Below, piece by piece: positions 17,835-28,357 of a stretch of 64,000 nt of DNA (position 1 is the stretch's first letter; each line of letters begins with the position of its first letter). The translations under genes and the position numbers were made by a program. The notes below the pieces were generated by a model. The model worked only from the letters and a program-made list of their open reading frames with translations, did not search any database and had not been told where the DNA came from. This DNA is from Bacilli bacterium (GTDB lineage Bacteria; Bacillota_I; Bacilli_A; ML615J-28; CAG-698). The stretch is taken from assembly GCA_050953065.1 (NCBI GenBank), contig JBMNLZ010000003.1:1-64000 (forward strand), written 5' to 3'.

Positions 17835-20800
17835 TTATCTTAATTCTTTTAATACTAGACTTGTTGCTGTACTAAAATCACTTTCATTTCCAAAACCAAG
17901 CGAAGCTCTGTCAAGATATTTAGCAGTCCACAATCCTTCGTTTGGAGCAAGAGTCACAGTTGAAGTTGTTCCAGTAAGTATTTCTTTAATTGTACCACTA
18001 CTTGTTACTACTACTCCAAGTCTAACTGGTGAACTAGATGAATCATTAGTTGCATTAGCTAAAGTGAAGTTAACACTATTTGCCCCCTTATTAACAATAT
18101 AACTTCCAGCTGAATGCCAATCAATATTACCATCTTGTGCCATAATGCTCGTAATATTAATAGCACCACTTCCTTGAATTTCAACTACTTTGTTAATTAA
18201 GAACAATACTTGAGTGCCTTTAGTTAAAGTCCAACCTTTCCAAGCACTTGAAGTTACATATTGGGAAGCATCATGATAGAACTTGCCAACCTCACCTGTT
18301 GCAAGCATTCCAAAGTTAATTGTCTTAGTTGCAGTAGCATCACCTAGTGTTCCAACAATTGTTCTATTTGCAACAGCAAAACTACATCCAGTATATGTAC
18401 CAGTTGCTATATTAAATAAACTAGTATCCTGACCTGCTTGATAACTCCACACTATTCCATAAGTATCTGGGAAAGTATAATTTCCAGTTATATGACTAGG
18501 AAGTGTAGTCATTGCAGCATTTAGTTTTTCTAAATTTGTCAATTCTGATTTATACGTAGCTAAAGCACTATATATTTGCTTAATCATATTGTTTTCAACA
18601 TAACTAACAAATGTACAAGCTTTCCACATCGCTTTATCATCAACATCATTAATTATAATTGCAAATTCATTATTGTTTGAAAACTTAGTTGCTCTATATT
18701 TTAAAACTCCTGCTGTATCAAATGTTAAATTAGTAATTGTATTTCCTTGATAAAGTAATACTCCAGCCTCAACAAACGAAGCAGTGGCAGGTAAATAATA
18801 ACTACCAACAGCAACAAATTGATCATCATTTAAGTTTAAAACACTCTTATTTATAGTAGCTATTGCATCTTTATAAATCGTAGTATCATTAGCTACTAAT
18901 TTTTCATTCCCATAAACTGTAAACGAATAAGATTTATCATAACTTGCAATCTCACCATTCCTTGTCCAATAACTAAAATTATTTGATGTTGCATGAACAG
19001 TTACGATTGAATCAAATTTAGCAATACCAGTATATGTTCCACCTACAACTTCCACTGTATAAGTATCAGTTTTATTAACAGTATAATTAGGTGTAACAAT
19101 TAAGTTCTGATTAACATTGTTAAATGTTCTACTCCAACCAGAGAATGAGTATCCAGGTTTTTGTGGGATATTTGTTGGAGAAGTTGCATTTGTTCCTGCT
19201 TTTACATACTGAACATCGATTAACTCTTGGTTTTTATCCATGAACAATACATAATATCTATCCATTGGAACAAAATATGCTTCATACGTAGTATCTTCTG
19301 CAATTCTAAAATTATATCTAGTACTATAACTAACAATCTTTCCGTTTTCAGTTAAGAATATAAATCTATAACCTGGATATGGATTTGAGATGATAGTATT
19401 TCCTTCTGCATAAATATTATTCCCGTGAGCTAAGAAAACCTCGCCATATCCACTATTAGCAGTTAATACTAACTTATTATAACTAGTATTTTGATTAGGA
19501 ACTATCGTAACATGATATGAACTTTTAACTGTAGGATCAGCAATTGAAGTTGCTGTAATCGGAACAGTACCAAGCGACACCCCATAAACATTTCCATTTG
19601 TGTCAACTGTTGCAATTTTTTCATCGCCACTTGACCAAGAAACTTTTTTATTAAACGCATCATTTGGTAAAATGTTAGTTGAAAGTTTTTTACTAGTTGC
19701 AATAGTAATTGTCGATTCACCACTAATCGTAATTGATTTTGGTAAAATATTAACCACTTCTACTATCTTAGTTCCAACAACTCCATTATCAATTGTTGAT
19801 CTTGCAATAATTACTACCTCACCAATACTAACTCCTAAGATATTGCCAGTTGTAGCATTTGGCAAAGCTTTATCATGATTTGATGTGCTCCATAAAACTT
19901 CCTGATTAGCACCACTTGGTAAAACAGTTGCCGTATATTTTGCAAAATTTCCAATTTCAATACGGTTAGGTCCAACCAAAGTAATAGCATAAGGTTTAGA
20001 AATATCATCATAAACTACTACTAAAAATTCGGTAGCTATTCCATTAGCATTTGAAGTAGCAACTATATTTACAAGTCCTTTAGAAACTCCACTAACAACA
20101 CCGTTTTGGTTAACTGTTGCTATTGCATTATCACTACTACTCCAAGTTACTTTTTGAGATGCAATACTCGGAATAACACTAGCAACTAAAACAATAGATT
20201 TTCCAATTTGGACTTCATTATATCCACTTATATTTACCATTTGTGGATGAATATTATATACAGTGATAGCTTTCGTTCCAAAGACTGAATTGTTATCAAC
20301 TGAAAAAGCAGTTATTATTGCAACTCCTTCAGCTATACCTCTAACCAGTCCACTTTGATTTACTGTAGCAATCGTAGCATCACTACTTTCCCAAACAACA
20401 CTTTGATCAACTAATGTAGGATAAACAGTAGCGTATAATTGAATATTAACACCTACTTGTGTATCGTTACTTCCAGAAACAATAACGTTTGTTGCTTTTG
20501 TTTTTGTAATAGTTATTGTTAAAGTTCCATAAACACTTTCATCAACTGTAGATTTAGCTGATATTACAACACTGCCTTCCTTAACTCCAGTAACAACACC
20601 ATTATTACTAACAGTTGCTTTTGAAGTATCACTAGAATACCAATTCACTGTATGAGTAGAATTATTAGGGCTAACAGTAGTATTAAGAGCAATCGTTCTA
20701 CCAATTTCTACTGTATTTTCTCCACGAACAACAATACTAGTTGGCGCAGTTGCAATTACTGAAAGTGTAATTGATCCAAATTTAGAACCATCAGTATTAG

Positions 20801-23800
20801 AAATGGCATAAATTTTTGCACTTCCTGAGTTTGCTGCCGTAACGATTCCTTTTTGAGAAACTTCCAGCACACTTGGATTATCACTTACCCAAGTTAAATC
20901 ATTTATCGCATTTGCTGGAGCAACTGATGCAGAAACTTGCATTGAACTCCCCGGTTGAATTGACATCAAAGGAGCAGTTAACGTAACACTAGATACTGCT
21001 GTTGTTGTAACATCAGAAGCGTTACTACAAATTATATTGAAGTTGTCAAAGTACAAAGTACCACTTGTTTTTGGAAACCCACCAACTGACATAACTCTAA
21101 TTGCATATGTGAAATAACCGTTTTGAGCTACAGTAATTGGAACTTCAACATATTTCCAACCAAGCCAATCAACAGTTCCTGGTTCATAATTTGCATATTG
21201 AACCGAAGTACCATTAAAATAACTAATTCCAAGTTGTGCATTCTTTCCATCACCATAACACCAAAAGCCTATATGAGTAACACTTTTTGGTAAATATAAA
21301 GACTCACTACTTGAACCATAGCCTACTGAAACTTCTTTATTTCCAGTATTATTAGCAAAATTATATGTTACTGCTAAAGATTTAGAACCATGTCTAACGT
21401 AATTAGCAGTTGTATTTATACTAGCAGAGCCTGTTCCAGTCCCTGTACCTTCTACTGCCCATCTCCAGTCATAAGTACTTGCTTGTCCAACAGTTACATT
21501 TTCAAAAGTTTCAAGTTCAAAATAACGACTCTGAACAACACTTATTTGTTTAGTACCTATAACTCCACCAACCAAACTAGTACCTACCAAAGTTGTAGTT
21601 CCTACTCTAACTGGAATTACCCTACCACTTGCATCAACTGATGCAACACTCGGATCTAAAATACTCCATGTGAAGCTTTGGTTAGCAAGAGTTGGCAATA
21701 TATATGCTGAATATTCTTTAGAAATCCCCATAATTAATTGTGAATCACCTTCAATAATCAATTCTTGAGGTGTATTGTCAGTAGTTGCAACATAAATATC
21801 GACACTTGCAAATACTGTTTCTTGAGCAACTGAATAAGCAAATATTGTAACAACACCAGTAGCAATACCTGTAACTATACCAGTTGATGAAACTGTTGCT
21901 CTACTTTTATTATTTGATTCCCATCTAATTGCTTGATAAGCATTAGATGGTGCCACAGTAGCAGTTAGTTTAAGTGTAGAACCAATTACAACATTAACAC
22001 CACCAGTAATCGTAACCGATGCTGGATTTGCATATCCAATCGCAATTGTTTTTGTAGCGCTAATACTAGTATTAGCTAAACTTATAGCTAAAACTGTAAC
22101 ACTACCTGTAGTTAAACTATTTGCTGTTAAAACTCCATTTTGATTTATTGTAGCTAGGTTGGTATTATTTACTGACCAAATTACATCTTGTGAGGCTCCT
22201 AGTGGTAAAATAGAAGCCGTTAAGTTGATAGAACCACCCAAATTTACCAAACCAGCGCCTTCAATTGTTATTGAAGTAGGAGACATTGATTTGATATTAA
22301 TAGTAACCTGCCCTTTAACTGAAGGATCAATAGTTGAAGCAGCATAGATTGTTACCAAACCAAGTTCAACTCCTGTTACTATCCCATATTGATTTACTGT
22401 AGCAACACTTGAATTGCTACTTGTCCAAGTTACAGTTTGGGCAATTTGATATGATTGATATGGACTTGCAGCTGAAACTACAGCTGTTAATTGTAAAGTA
22501 CCTGTTTTTTCAAGATCTGTAGCACCATTAATAACAACTGAAGCAGGCATTACCTTAAATACAGTAATATTTACTGTTCCATATATTCCGTTTTCAGTTG
22601 AAGTTGCTCTAATGGTAACATTACCTTGAGTAATTCCTGTTACAACACCATTGCTATTAACTGTTGCAACGCTTGTATTACTACTAGACCAAGTTACAGT
22701 TTGCATAGCTGCACTTGGAGTAATTGCTGCAGAAAGCGTAATTGTTTTTCCCTCTTCTACTGAAGAAGGTCCACTTATATTAACTGCAGTCGGATTATAA
22801 TAAACTACAGTAATAGTCTTTGTAGCATAAACTCCAGCATCAAGAATTGATGTTGCTTGAATAGTTGTTGTCCCTGTTGAAACCCCAGTAACCACACCAC
22901 TACTATTAATAGTTGCAACATTTGGATTGCTTGATGACCACAAAACACTTTGACTAGCACTTGAAGGATAGACTGTAGCATTTAACGTAATTGTCCCCCC
23001 TCTTAACACATTGCTATCACCTGATATTCCAACACTAGTAGGACCATCATATGTAACTGAAATTGCATAAGTAGTTGAAACTACAGTACCGCCAGTCCCT
23101 AAATCGCTAGCTCTACAAGTAATTACTGCATTTCCTGTACTTAAAGCAGTTAAAACACCACTGCTATTAATAGTTGCAACACTAGTATTACTACTACTCC
23201 AAATAACACTTTGACTAGCAGTAGATGGTAAAACAGTTGCACTCATTGTAATTGATTCACCTTTATTGAGCGTATTAGAAGGACTATTTATGATAACCGA
23301 AGTTGGTGTTGATACATAAACGTCAACTGATAAAGTCGCATATACACCATTACTTGCTGTTGCCCTAATAGAACTATTACCAGTTGCAATAGTTGTTAAA
23401 ACTCCACTTGCTGTAATAGTAGCAACATTAGGATTGCTTGATGTCCATGTTATTGTTTGTGGTGCACTAGATGGCGTAACACTTGCAGAAAGATTTAAGG
23501 TTGCTCCAATTGGCAATAATGGATTACTGCTAGGAGCCCCTGAGATAGTCACCGCCGTAGGAACTGCCGATGTTACGCTGATAGTTTTTGAAGCAGTTAT
23601 GCTTGAGTTAGATGCAACTGAAACTGTAACTGTAGCACTTCCTACACTAACTCCAGTAACAACACCATTTGCATTAACAGTTAAAACGTTATTATTACTA
23701 CTACTCCAGTTAACAGTTTGAACCGCACCAACTGGATATACAATAGCACTTAACTGAATTGTACTTCCTAACGGTACTGTATTAGCACCAGACATAGTTA

Positions 23801-25427
23801 CACTAGAAGGAGTAACTTGCGAAGATAAAGTTAAAGTTCCTTCATGATTTGTTCTTGAAATTGCTCTAATTCCATAAGTATAAGTAACTCCTGATGTGGC
23901 TGTTGTATCAACATAACTTGAAGTTGTATTACCAACAACAGCGATTAACTCATCAATTGTTGAATTAATCGTACCAGTAGTCGAACGATAAATAGCATAC
24001 TTTCTAGCGTTAGTAAGTAAATTCCAAGATAAAGTATTTCCAGAACTCGCAAAGCCAGGAACTGTTCCCAGCGTTATCGCTGTTGCTGTTCGTACTGACG
24101 GAGTTAATGATTGATAATTCCATAAAGTTCTTAAATTATTTGCATTATAACTTGCATATGTAGTTCCACCATTTTTAGCAGCTAGTAAATATTTATAACT
24201 ATAAATACATGAGCCTTTAATTTGAGACCACTTAGTAAGATATCTAACTTGCATCGCTGCTTCGTAATAATGGGTTTTCCAAGAATACGTTTCGCTTGAG
24301 GAATCAGCCATATAAATACCAATTCCAGAATATAGATTAACATCTTTTTGAGCAACAACCTTTGCCCACCAATCCATTACATCTGCATAAGCTGCTGTTG
24401 GATGAGTGAAAGCCCAATATGATTGTGGTGTAATATAATCTAGCCATTCATTATCAACCCATTTTTTTGTATTAGAATACAAGTATGAAGCATAATGTTC
24501 TTGACCTGATGTATTAGAACCAATACTTGAATAAGTTCCATTAGCATCATAAGACCCATTCATCGCCACAGAATATGAACCACCATTTCTATAAATTCCA
24601 GTTGGCGAAACTCCAAGTTGAACACACTTATTATTATTAGCATTGAAAGTTCTTATTTTACCACTTAATGTTTGGATAAAAGTATCTACTTGTGCTCTTC
24701 TCCAGTCTGCTAAAGCTAGTCCAGACGGATTATATGCATTGTATGTTGCAGTATCATTTATTCCATCAGCATAAAAATAGTCATCAAAATGAATTGCATC
24801 TACATCATAGTTTTGTAATACTTCCATAACTGTATCATATAAGAATTCTCTAACATTAGGTTTACCCGGATCAAGAATTGTAACTGATGTTCCAGTTAGC
24901 AAATTACTAGAACTTGATGCAGGGTTAACAGATGGAAAAGTGTATGAAGTTTTTACACGGTAAGGATTCATCCACGCATGAAATTCGATCCCCTCAGCAT
25001 GGCACCTATCTATTAGCCAAGTTAACGGATCGAAAGTTCCAAAATTTATATTACTTATATATGATGATTTTGGATTAAGATTTGAAGGATAAAAAGCATC
25101 ATTATGAGTTCTAATATGAAAAACCATAGCATTTAAATTATAGTATTTCATAGTATCAATTGCTGTATTCATAGCAGTTTTAAATTGAGTTTCTCCATTA
25201 ATTGAAACATCACCAGCATAAGCTGAAATCCATACAGCCCTCATATCAAATTTTTGCTTTTCATAAGTCGATGGTATTTGAACTCTAGTTGAAGTGCCTC
25301 TATAGTAAACAGATGAACCGTTAATAGTTAAATTAGTCAAAGTTGCAGCATTTACACCTTGCAAACTTACACATATTGCAAATATGAAAAACAAAAATAC
25401 CATTAACCCTTTTCTTATATTCGCCAT
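17835..25427 (-). CDS. giant secreted GHL10 glycoside hydrolase + FN3-like + 15 Big_2 + CBM-like + InlB-B repeats + unknown C-terminal domains (paralogue C, ~2530 aa)
   Basis: Signal peptide from MANIRK (GAAAGGA RBS); MRAVWIS/EFHAWMNPYR/HFDDYFY; 9+6 Big_2 units flanking a GFWCYGDGK..WLGWKYV..LYFDNF domain. Confidence 0.92.
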   Translation of the reverse strand: MANIRKGLMVFLFFIFAICVSLQGVNAATLTNLTINGSSVYYRGTSTRVQIPSTYEKQKFDMRAVWISAYAGDVSINGETQFKTAMNTAIDTMKYYNLNAMVFHIRTHNDAFYPSNLNPKSSYISNINFGTFDPLTWLIDRCHAEGIEFHAWMNPYRVKTSYTFPSVNPASSSSNLLTGTSVTILDPGKPNVREFLYDTVMEVLQNYDVDAIHFDDYFYADGINDTATYNAYNPSGLALADWRRAQVDTFIQTLSGKIRTFNANNNKCVQLGVSPTGIYRNGGSYSVAMNGSYDANGTYSSIGSNTSGQEHYASYLYSNTKKWVDNEWLDYITPQSYWAFTHPTAAYADVMDWWAKVVAQKDVNLYSGIGIYMADSSSETYSWKTHYYEAAMQVRYLTKWSQIKGSCIYSYKYLLAAKNGGTTYASYNANNLRTLWNYQSLTPSVRTATAITLGTVPGFASSGNTLSWNLLTNARKYAIYRSTTGTINSTIDELIAVVGNTTSSYVDTTATSGVTYTYGIRAISRTNHEGTLTLSSQVTPSSVTMSGANTVPLGSTIQLSAIVYPVGAVQTVNWSSSNNNVLTVNANGVVTGVSVGSATVTVSVASNSSITASKTISVTSAVPTAVTISGAPSSNPLLPIGATLNLSASVTPSSAPQTITWTSSNPNVATITASGVLTTIATGNSSIRATASNGVYATLSVDVYVSTPTSVIINSPSNTLNKGESITMSATVLPSTASQSVIWSSSNTSVATINSSGVLTALSTGNAVITCRASDLGTGGTVVSTTYAISVTYDGPTSVGISGDSNVLRGGTITLNATVYPSSASQSVLWSSSNPNVATINSSGVVTGVSTGTTTIQATSILDAGVYATKTITVVYYNPTAVNISGPSSVEEGKTITLSAAITPSAAMQTVTWSSSNTSVATVNSNGVVTGITQGNVTIRATSTENGIYGTVNITVFKVMPASVVINGATDLEKTGTLQLTAVVSAASPYQSYQIAQTVTWTSSNSSVATVNQYGIVTGVELGLVTIYAASTIDPSVKGQVTINIKSMSPTSITIEGAGLVNLGGSINLTASILPLGASQDVIWSVNNTNLATINQNGVLTANSLTTGSVTVLAISLANTSISATKTIAIGYANPASVTITGGVNVVIGSTLKLTATVAPSNAYQAIRWESNNKSRATVSSTGIVTGIATGVVTIFAYSVAQETVFASVDIYVATTDNTPQELIIEGDSQLIMGISKEYSAYILPTLANQSFTWSILDPSVASVDASGRVIPVRVGTTTLVGTSLVGGVIGTKQISVVQSRYFELETFENVTVGQASTYDWRWAVEGTGTGTGSASINTTANYVRHGSKSLAVTYNFANNTGNKEVSVGYGSSSESLYLPKSVTHIGFWCYGDGKNAQLGISYFNGTSVQYANYEPGTVDWLGWKYVEVPITVAQNGYFTYAIRVMSVGGFPKTSGTLYFDNFNIICSNASDVTTTAVSSVTLTAPLMSIQPGSSMQVSASVAPANAINDLTWVSDNPSVLEVSQKGIVTAANSGSAKIYAISNTDGSKFGSITLSVIATAPTSIVVRGENTVEIGRTIALNTTVSPNNSTHTVNWYSSDTSKATVSNNGVVTGVKEGSVVISAKSTVDESVYGTLTITITKTKATNVIVSGSNDTQVGVNIQLYATVYPTLVDQSVVWESSDATIATVNQSGLVRGIAEGVAIITAFSVDNNSVFGTKAITVYNIHPQMVNISGYNEVQIGKSIVLVASVIPSIASQKVTWSSSDNAIATVNQNGVVSGVSKGLVNIVATSNANGIATEFLVVVYDDISKPYAITLVGPNRIEIGNFAKYTATVLPSGANQEVLWSTSNHDKALPNATTGNILGVSIGEVVIIARSTIDNGVVGTKIVEVVNILPKSITISGESTITIATSKKLSTNILPNDAFNKKVSWSSGDEKIATVDTNGNVYGVSLGTVPITATSIADPTVKSSYHVTIVPNQNTSYNKLVLTANSGYGEVFLAHGNNIYAEGNTIISNPYPGYRFIFLTENGKIVSYSTRYNFRIAEDTTYEAYFVPMDRYYVLFMDKNQELIDVQYVKAGTNATSPTNIPQKPGYSFSGWSRTFNNVNQNLIVTPNYTVNKTDTYTVEVVGGTYTGIAKFDSIVTVHATSNNFSYWTRNGEIASYDKSYSFTVYGNEKLVANDTTIYKDAIATINKSVLNLNDDQFVAVGSYYLPATASFVEAGVLLYQGNTITNLTFDTAGVLKYRATKFSNNNEFAIIINDVDDKAMWKACTFVSYVENNMIKQIYSALATYKSELTNLEKLNAAMTTLPSHITGNYTFPDTYGIVWSYQAGQDTSLFNIATGTYTGCSFAVANRTIVGTLGDATATKTINFGMLATGEVGKFYHDASQYVTSSAWKGWTLTKGTQVLFLINKVVEIQGSGAINITSIMAQDGNIDWHSAGSYIVNKGANSVNFTLANATNDSSSSPVRLGVVVTSSGTIKEILTGTTSTVTLAPNEGLWTAKYLDRASLGFGNESDFSTATSLVLKELR

Positions 25428-25540
25428 AGTTAATCCTTTCATAAAAAGAACATTCTCTATTGTTATTATAGCATATTTCAAGTATTAAAAAAAGCAAAAT
25501 AAATAGTTTTTAAAATGGCTTAAGATTTGTCTTAAGACCA

Positions 25541-25583
25541 ATTTAAGAAAACCTTTACATTAAATGTAAAGGTTTTCTTAAAT
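25541..25583. terminator. 20-bp perfect inverted repeat after recX
   Basis: atttaagaaaacctttacat-taa-atgtaaaggttttcttaaat. Confidence 0.7.
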
Positions 25584-25600
25584 ATATAAATTTCCACAAT

Positions 25601-26398
25601 TTATTCATCAAAACTATAAAAATTATCACTACTAAGTGCTTTAGTAATCAAAGAATACTCAAAGCCTTTGTTCATAAGATTATTGATTATTTTTTGCCTC
25701 GCTTGAAAGTCTTTATCTTTTGAATATTTTTTCTTTAGCCTCTCTACTTCTTTTAATAATTCTGGATAGCTTTCATCTTCTATTTCAATATTTTCAACTT
25801 TATCATAAATTAAATCACGACTAAAGCCATCTCTAACTAACTTTTCAATTATAATTTTTTTCCTTTTTTTAATAGGAAATTTTTGGTTTTTTTTAATTTC
25901 CTTTTCTATGATATATTCTATGTTTGCAAGGTGTAAAGTGGCATCGTAGGAGGTAATCAAGTCTTTAAACTTTTCTTTTGAAATTCCTTTTAATAAGAGT
26001 TTTTGTTCAATCGCTTTAGGCCCCTTTTTCTTAACATTCTTTTCATATTCATAAATGCTTTTAGCTAACTCAACATCATTAATATATTTATATTCTATTA
26101 AAACATTAAAAACTTTATCTTTTATTTTTTGATTAATATCATGTTTTTTAAAATATACATTAATTTCTTTTTCACTTCGTGCTTGATAAGCTATATATTT
26201 AAGAGTTTTTAAAAGTAGCGTATTATATTCTACAAAGTCAACAAATTCAAAATACTCATCTTCTTTCAAATTTTTTCCAACAAATAAGTTGAACTTTAAA
26301 ACAACATCTTCAGTTATATTAAATTTATTTTTCTCAATAACAACAGTATATTTATCTTTATTTTTCTTTAATTCTTCAACCTCATATTTATTTATCAT
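25601..26398 (-). CDS. recX: RecX family regulatory protein
   Basis: LKYIAYQARSEKEI, YINDVELA, KKGPKAIEQKLLLKGI, KLVRDGF, LMNKGF repeats. Confidence 0.88.
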   Translation of the reverse strand: MINKYEVEELKKNKDKYTVVIEKNKFNITEDVVLKFNLFVGKNLKEDEYFEFVDFVEYNTLLLKTLKYIAYQARSEKEINVYFKKHDINQKIKDKVFNVLIEYKYINDVELAKSIYEYEKNVKKKGPKAIEQKLLLKGISKEKFKDLITSYDATLHLANIEYIIEKEIKKNQKFPIKKRKKIIIEKLVRDGFSRDLIYDKVENIEIEDESYPELLKEVERLKKKYSKDKDFQARQKIINNLMNKGFEYSLITKALSSDNFYSFDE

Positions 26399-27248
26399 AT
26401 GTAAAGCCCTCACCTGCTACCTCATTAGCTTTCACAACAAAATAAAAGGCTTGTTTATCACATTCGTTTATGATAGTTCGCAGTTTATAAAATTCAAGTG
26501 TTGATAAGACACATACTAAAATATCTCTAGGTTCATCAGAATATCCACCAACTGATTTAATTATCGTTGTACCACGTCCAAGTTTTTCTTGAATTTCATG
26601 AGAAATCAAATCTTTCTCCTTAGAAATAATAAAAACAGTTCTTTTATTATATCCAGAAAAAACTATCATATCCATAACAAAACCACTTAGCGCTATAGAA
26701 ATAATGGCATATAAAGCCAATTCAAATGCTTTAAAATATATAGCACCTATTAACACAACAATGCCGTCCAAAACATACAACGATATAGAATATGGTAAGT
26801 GAGCATATTTAAATAAAATCTTTTGAGGAATTTCAGTACCACCCGTTGTACCATTATACCTTACAACTAAACCAATTCCTATCCCCATAAGAATCGATGC
26901 AAACAAAATAATTAAAGTTAAATTATCAGTTTGAAATGCATCAAAATTTATTGTTTTATAAATAAAAGAAAAAAACCAAACAAAAACAGGATACATCAAA
27001 GATCCATATATAGTCTTTATAAAGAAATCTTTCCCAAGCAAAATCAATCCAACTAATAATAAAAGAACATTTAATATTAAAATCATGGTCGAAGGATTAA
27101 TTCCTAGTGCATCTTTAAAAACTATTGCAAGTCCTGAAACTCCGCCAATAACTAATTTAAAAGGCTCTAAGAAAAAACTAAACGCAAAAGCTGTTATAAT
27201 AATTCCAATTGTTATATAACCCCATTCAATTACTTTTTGTTTTTTCAA
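26388..27248 (-). CDS. YitT family membrane protein
   Basis: GGVSGLA, GTTGGTEI, LGRGTT..GGYS, D+QAF C-terminal domain. Confidence 0.92.
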   Translation of the reverse strand: MKKQKVIEWGYITIGIIITAFAFSFFLEPFKLVIGGVSGLAIVFKDALGINPSTMILILNVLLLLVGLILLGKDFFIKTIYGSLMYPVFVWFFSFIYKTINFDAFQTDNLTLIILFASILMGIGIGLVVRYNGTTGGTEIPQKILFKYAHLPYSISLYVLDGIVVLIGAIYFKAFELALYAIISIALSGFVMDMIVFSGYNKRTVFIISKEKDLISHEIQEKLGRGTTIIKSVGGYSDEPRDILVCVLSTLEFYKLRTIINECDKQAFYFVVKANEVAGEGFTYDK

Positions 27249-27259
27249 AATACCACCTT

Positions 27260-28354
27260 CTATTTTTTATTATATTCTGATTTTAAAAACGCATTAATAA
27301 ACCCATCTAACTCCCCATCCATAACTATATCAACATTAAAGGATTCAAAATTTGTTCTGTGATCTTTTATCATTGAATACGGATGAAATACATAAGATCT
27401 AATTTGACTTCCAAAAGTATTTTCATTAATTTCAGCAATTGATTTAATATTTTTTTCTTGAGCTTCAAGTTCTAATTGATATAATCTTGACTTTAAAACT
27501 TGCATTGCTTTTTCACGATTTTGAATTTGACTTCTTTGGTTTTGGCAAGTAACTACAATTCCTGTTTTTAAATGTGTAATTCTAATTGCAGAATCAGTCG
27601 TATTAACATGCTGTCCACCTGCACTACTGCTTCTATAGGTATCAACCTTAATATCTTCCGGTAAGATTTCAATATTAATTTCAGTATCAATATCAGGAGT
27701 TACAGAGCAAGCAACAAAAGACGTATGTCTTCTTGCATTGCTATCAAAAGGAGAAATTCTAACTAAACGATGGACTCCATGTTCAGCTTTTAAATATCCA
27801 TATGCTTTCTCACCATAAATCATAAAGGTAACACTTTTAATTCCAGCTTCTTCACCATCAAGATAATCTAACACTTCAAATTCAAAGCCTTTTTTCTCAG
27901 CATATTTTCGATACATTCTAAAAAGCATTGATGCCCAATCTTGGGATTCAGTTCCACCAGCCCCAGGATGCAGTGTAACAATTGCATCGCAATCATCATA
28001 TGTTTTTGATAATAAAATTTTTATTTCAAAATCATTTAATTCATTTTCATATTTATTAAGTAAATCTTCAATATCTAAAACTTCTTCTCCTGATTTTATC
28101 ATTTCTAAAAAGAAATTCAAATCTTCTAATTCAAGTTGTAAAGAATTAACAGTTTCTAACTTATCTTTACCTTCTTTTATTTTTTTTAAAATTTTGCTGG
28201 CTGCTAGATTGTCATTCCAGAAATTACTTTCATTAGTTTTCTTTTCATTATCCGAAACATTTTTCTCAATTGAAGCAACATCTAAAGCTTTAATTAATTC
28301 TTTTAAACGAATATTAAAATCATCAATTATTTTAGTAATTTCATATATTTCCAT
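27260..28354 (-). CDS. prfB: peptide chain release factor 2 (no programmed frameshift)
   Basis: GAGGTESQDWA, GVHRLVRISPF (SPF), GGQHVN; directly after secA. Confidence 0.98.
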   Translation of the reverse strand: MEIYEITKIIDDFNIRLKELIKALDVASIEKNVSDNEKKTNESNFWNDNLAASKILKKIKEGKDKLETVNSLQLELEDLNFFLEMIKSGEEVLDIEDLLNKYENELNDFEIKILLSKTYDDCDAIVTLHPGAGGTESQDWASMLFRMYRKYAEKKGFEFEVLDYLDGEEAGIKSVTFMIYGEKAYGYLKAEHGVHRLVRISPFDSNARRHTSFVACSVTPDIDTEINIEILPEDIKVDTYRSSSAGGQHVNTTDSAIRITHLKTGIVVTCQNQRSQIQNREKAMQVLKSRLYQLELEAQEKNIKSIAEINENTFGSQIRSYVFHPYSMIKDHRTNFESFNVDIVMDGELDGFINAFLKSEYNKK

Positions 28355-28357
28355 ATT

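Noticed and set aside
5667-23721. Many short alternative-frame and antisense ORFs inside the GHL10 genes
   Set aside because: Shadow ORFs expected from the biased Thr/Val/Ser codon usage; fully nested in long genes, with no motifs.
4045-25427. Hydrolase cluster as a recent mobile island or prophage lysis module
   Set aside because: No integrase, transposase, holin, structural phage genes or att/tRNA site seen. The apparently higher GC is explained by Gly/Ala/Thr/Val-rich proteins, and lysC is interleaved.
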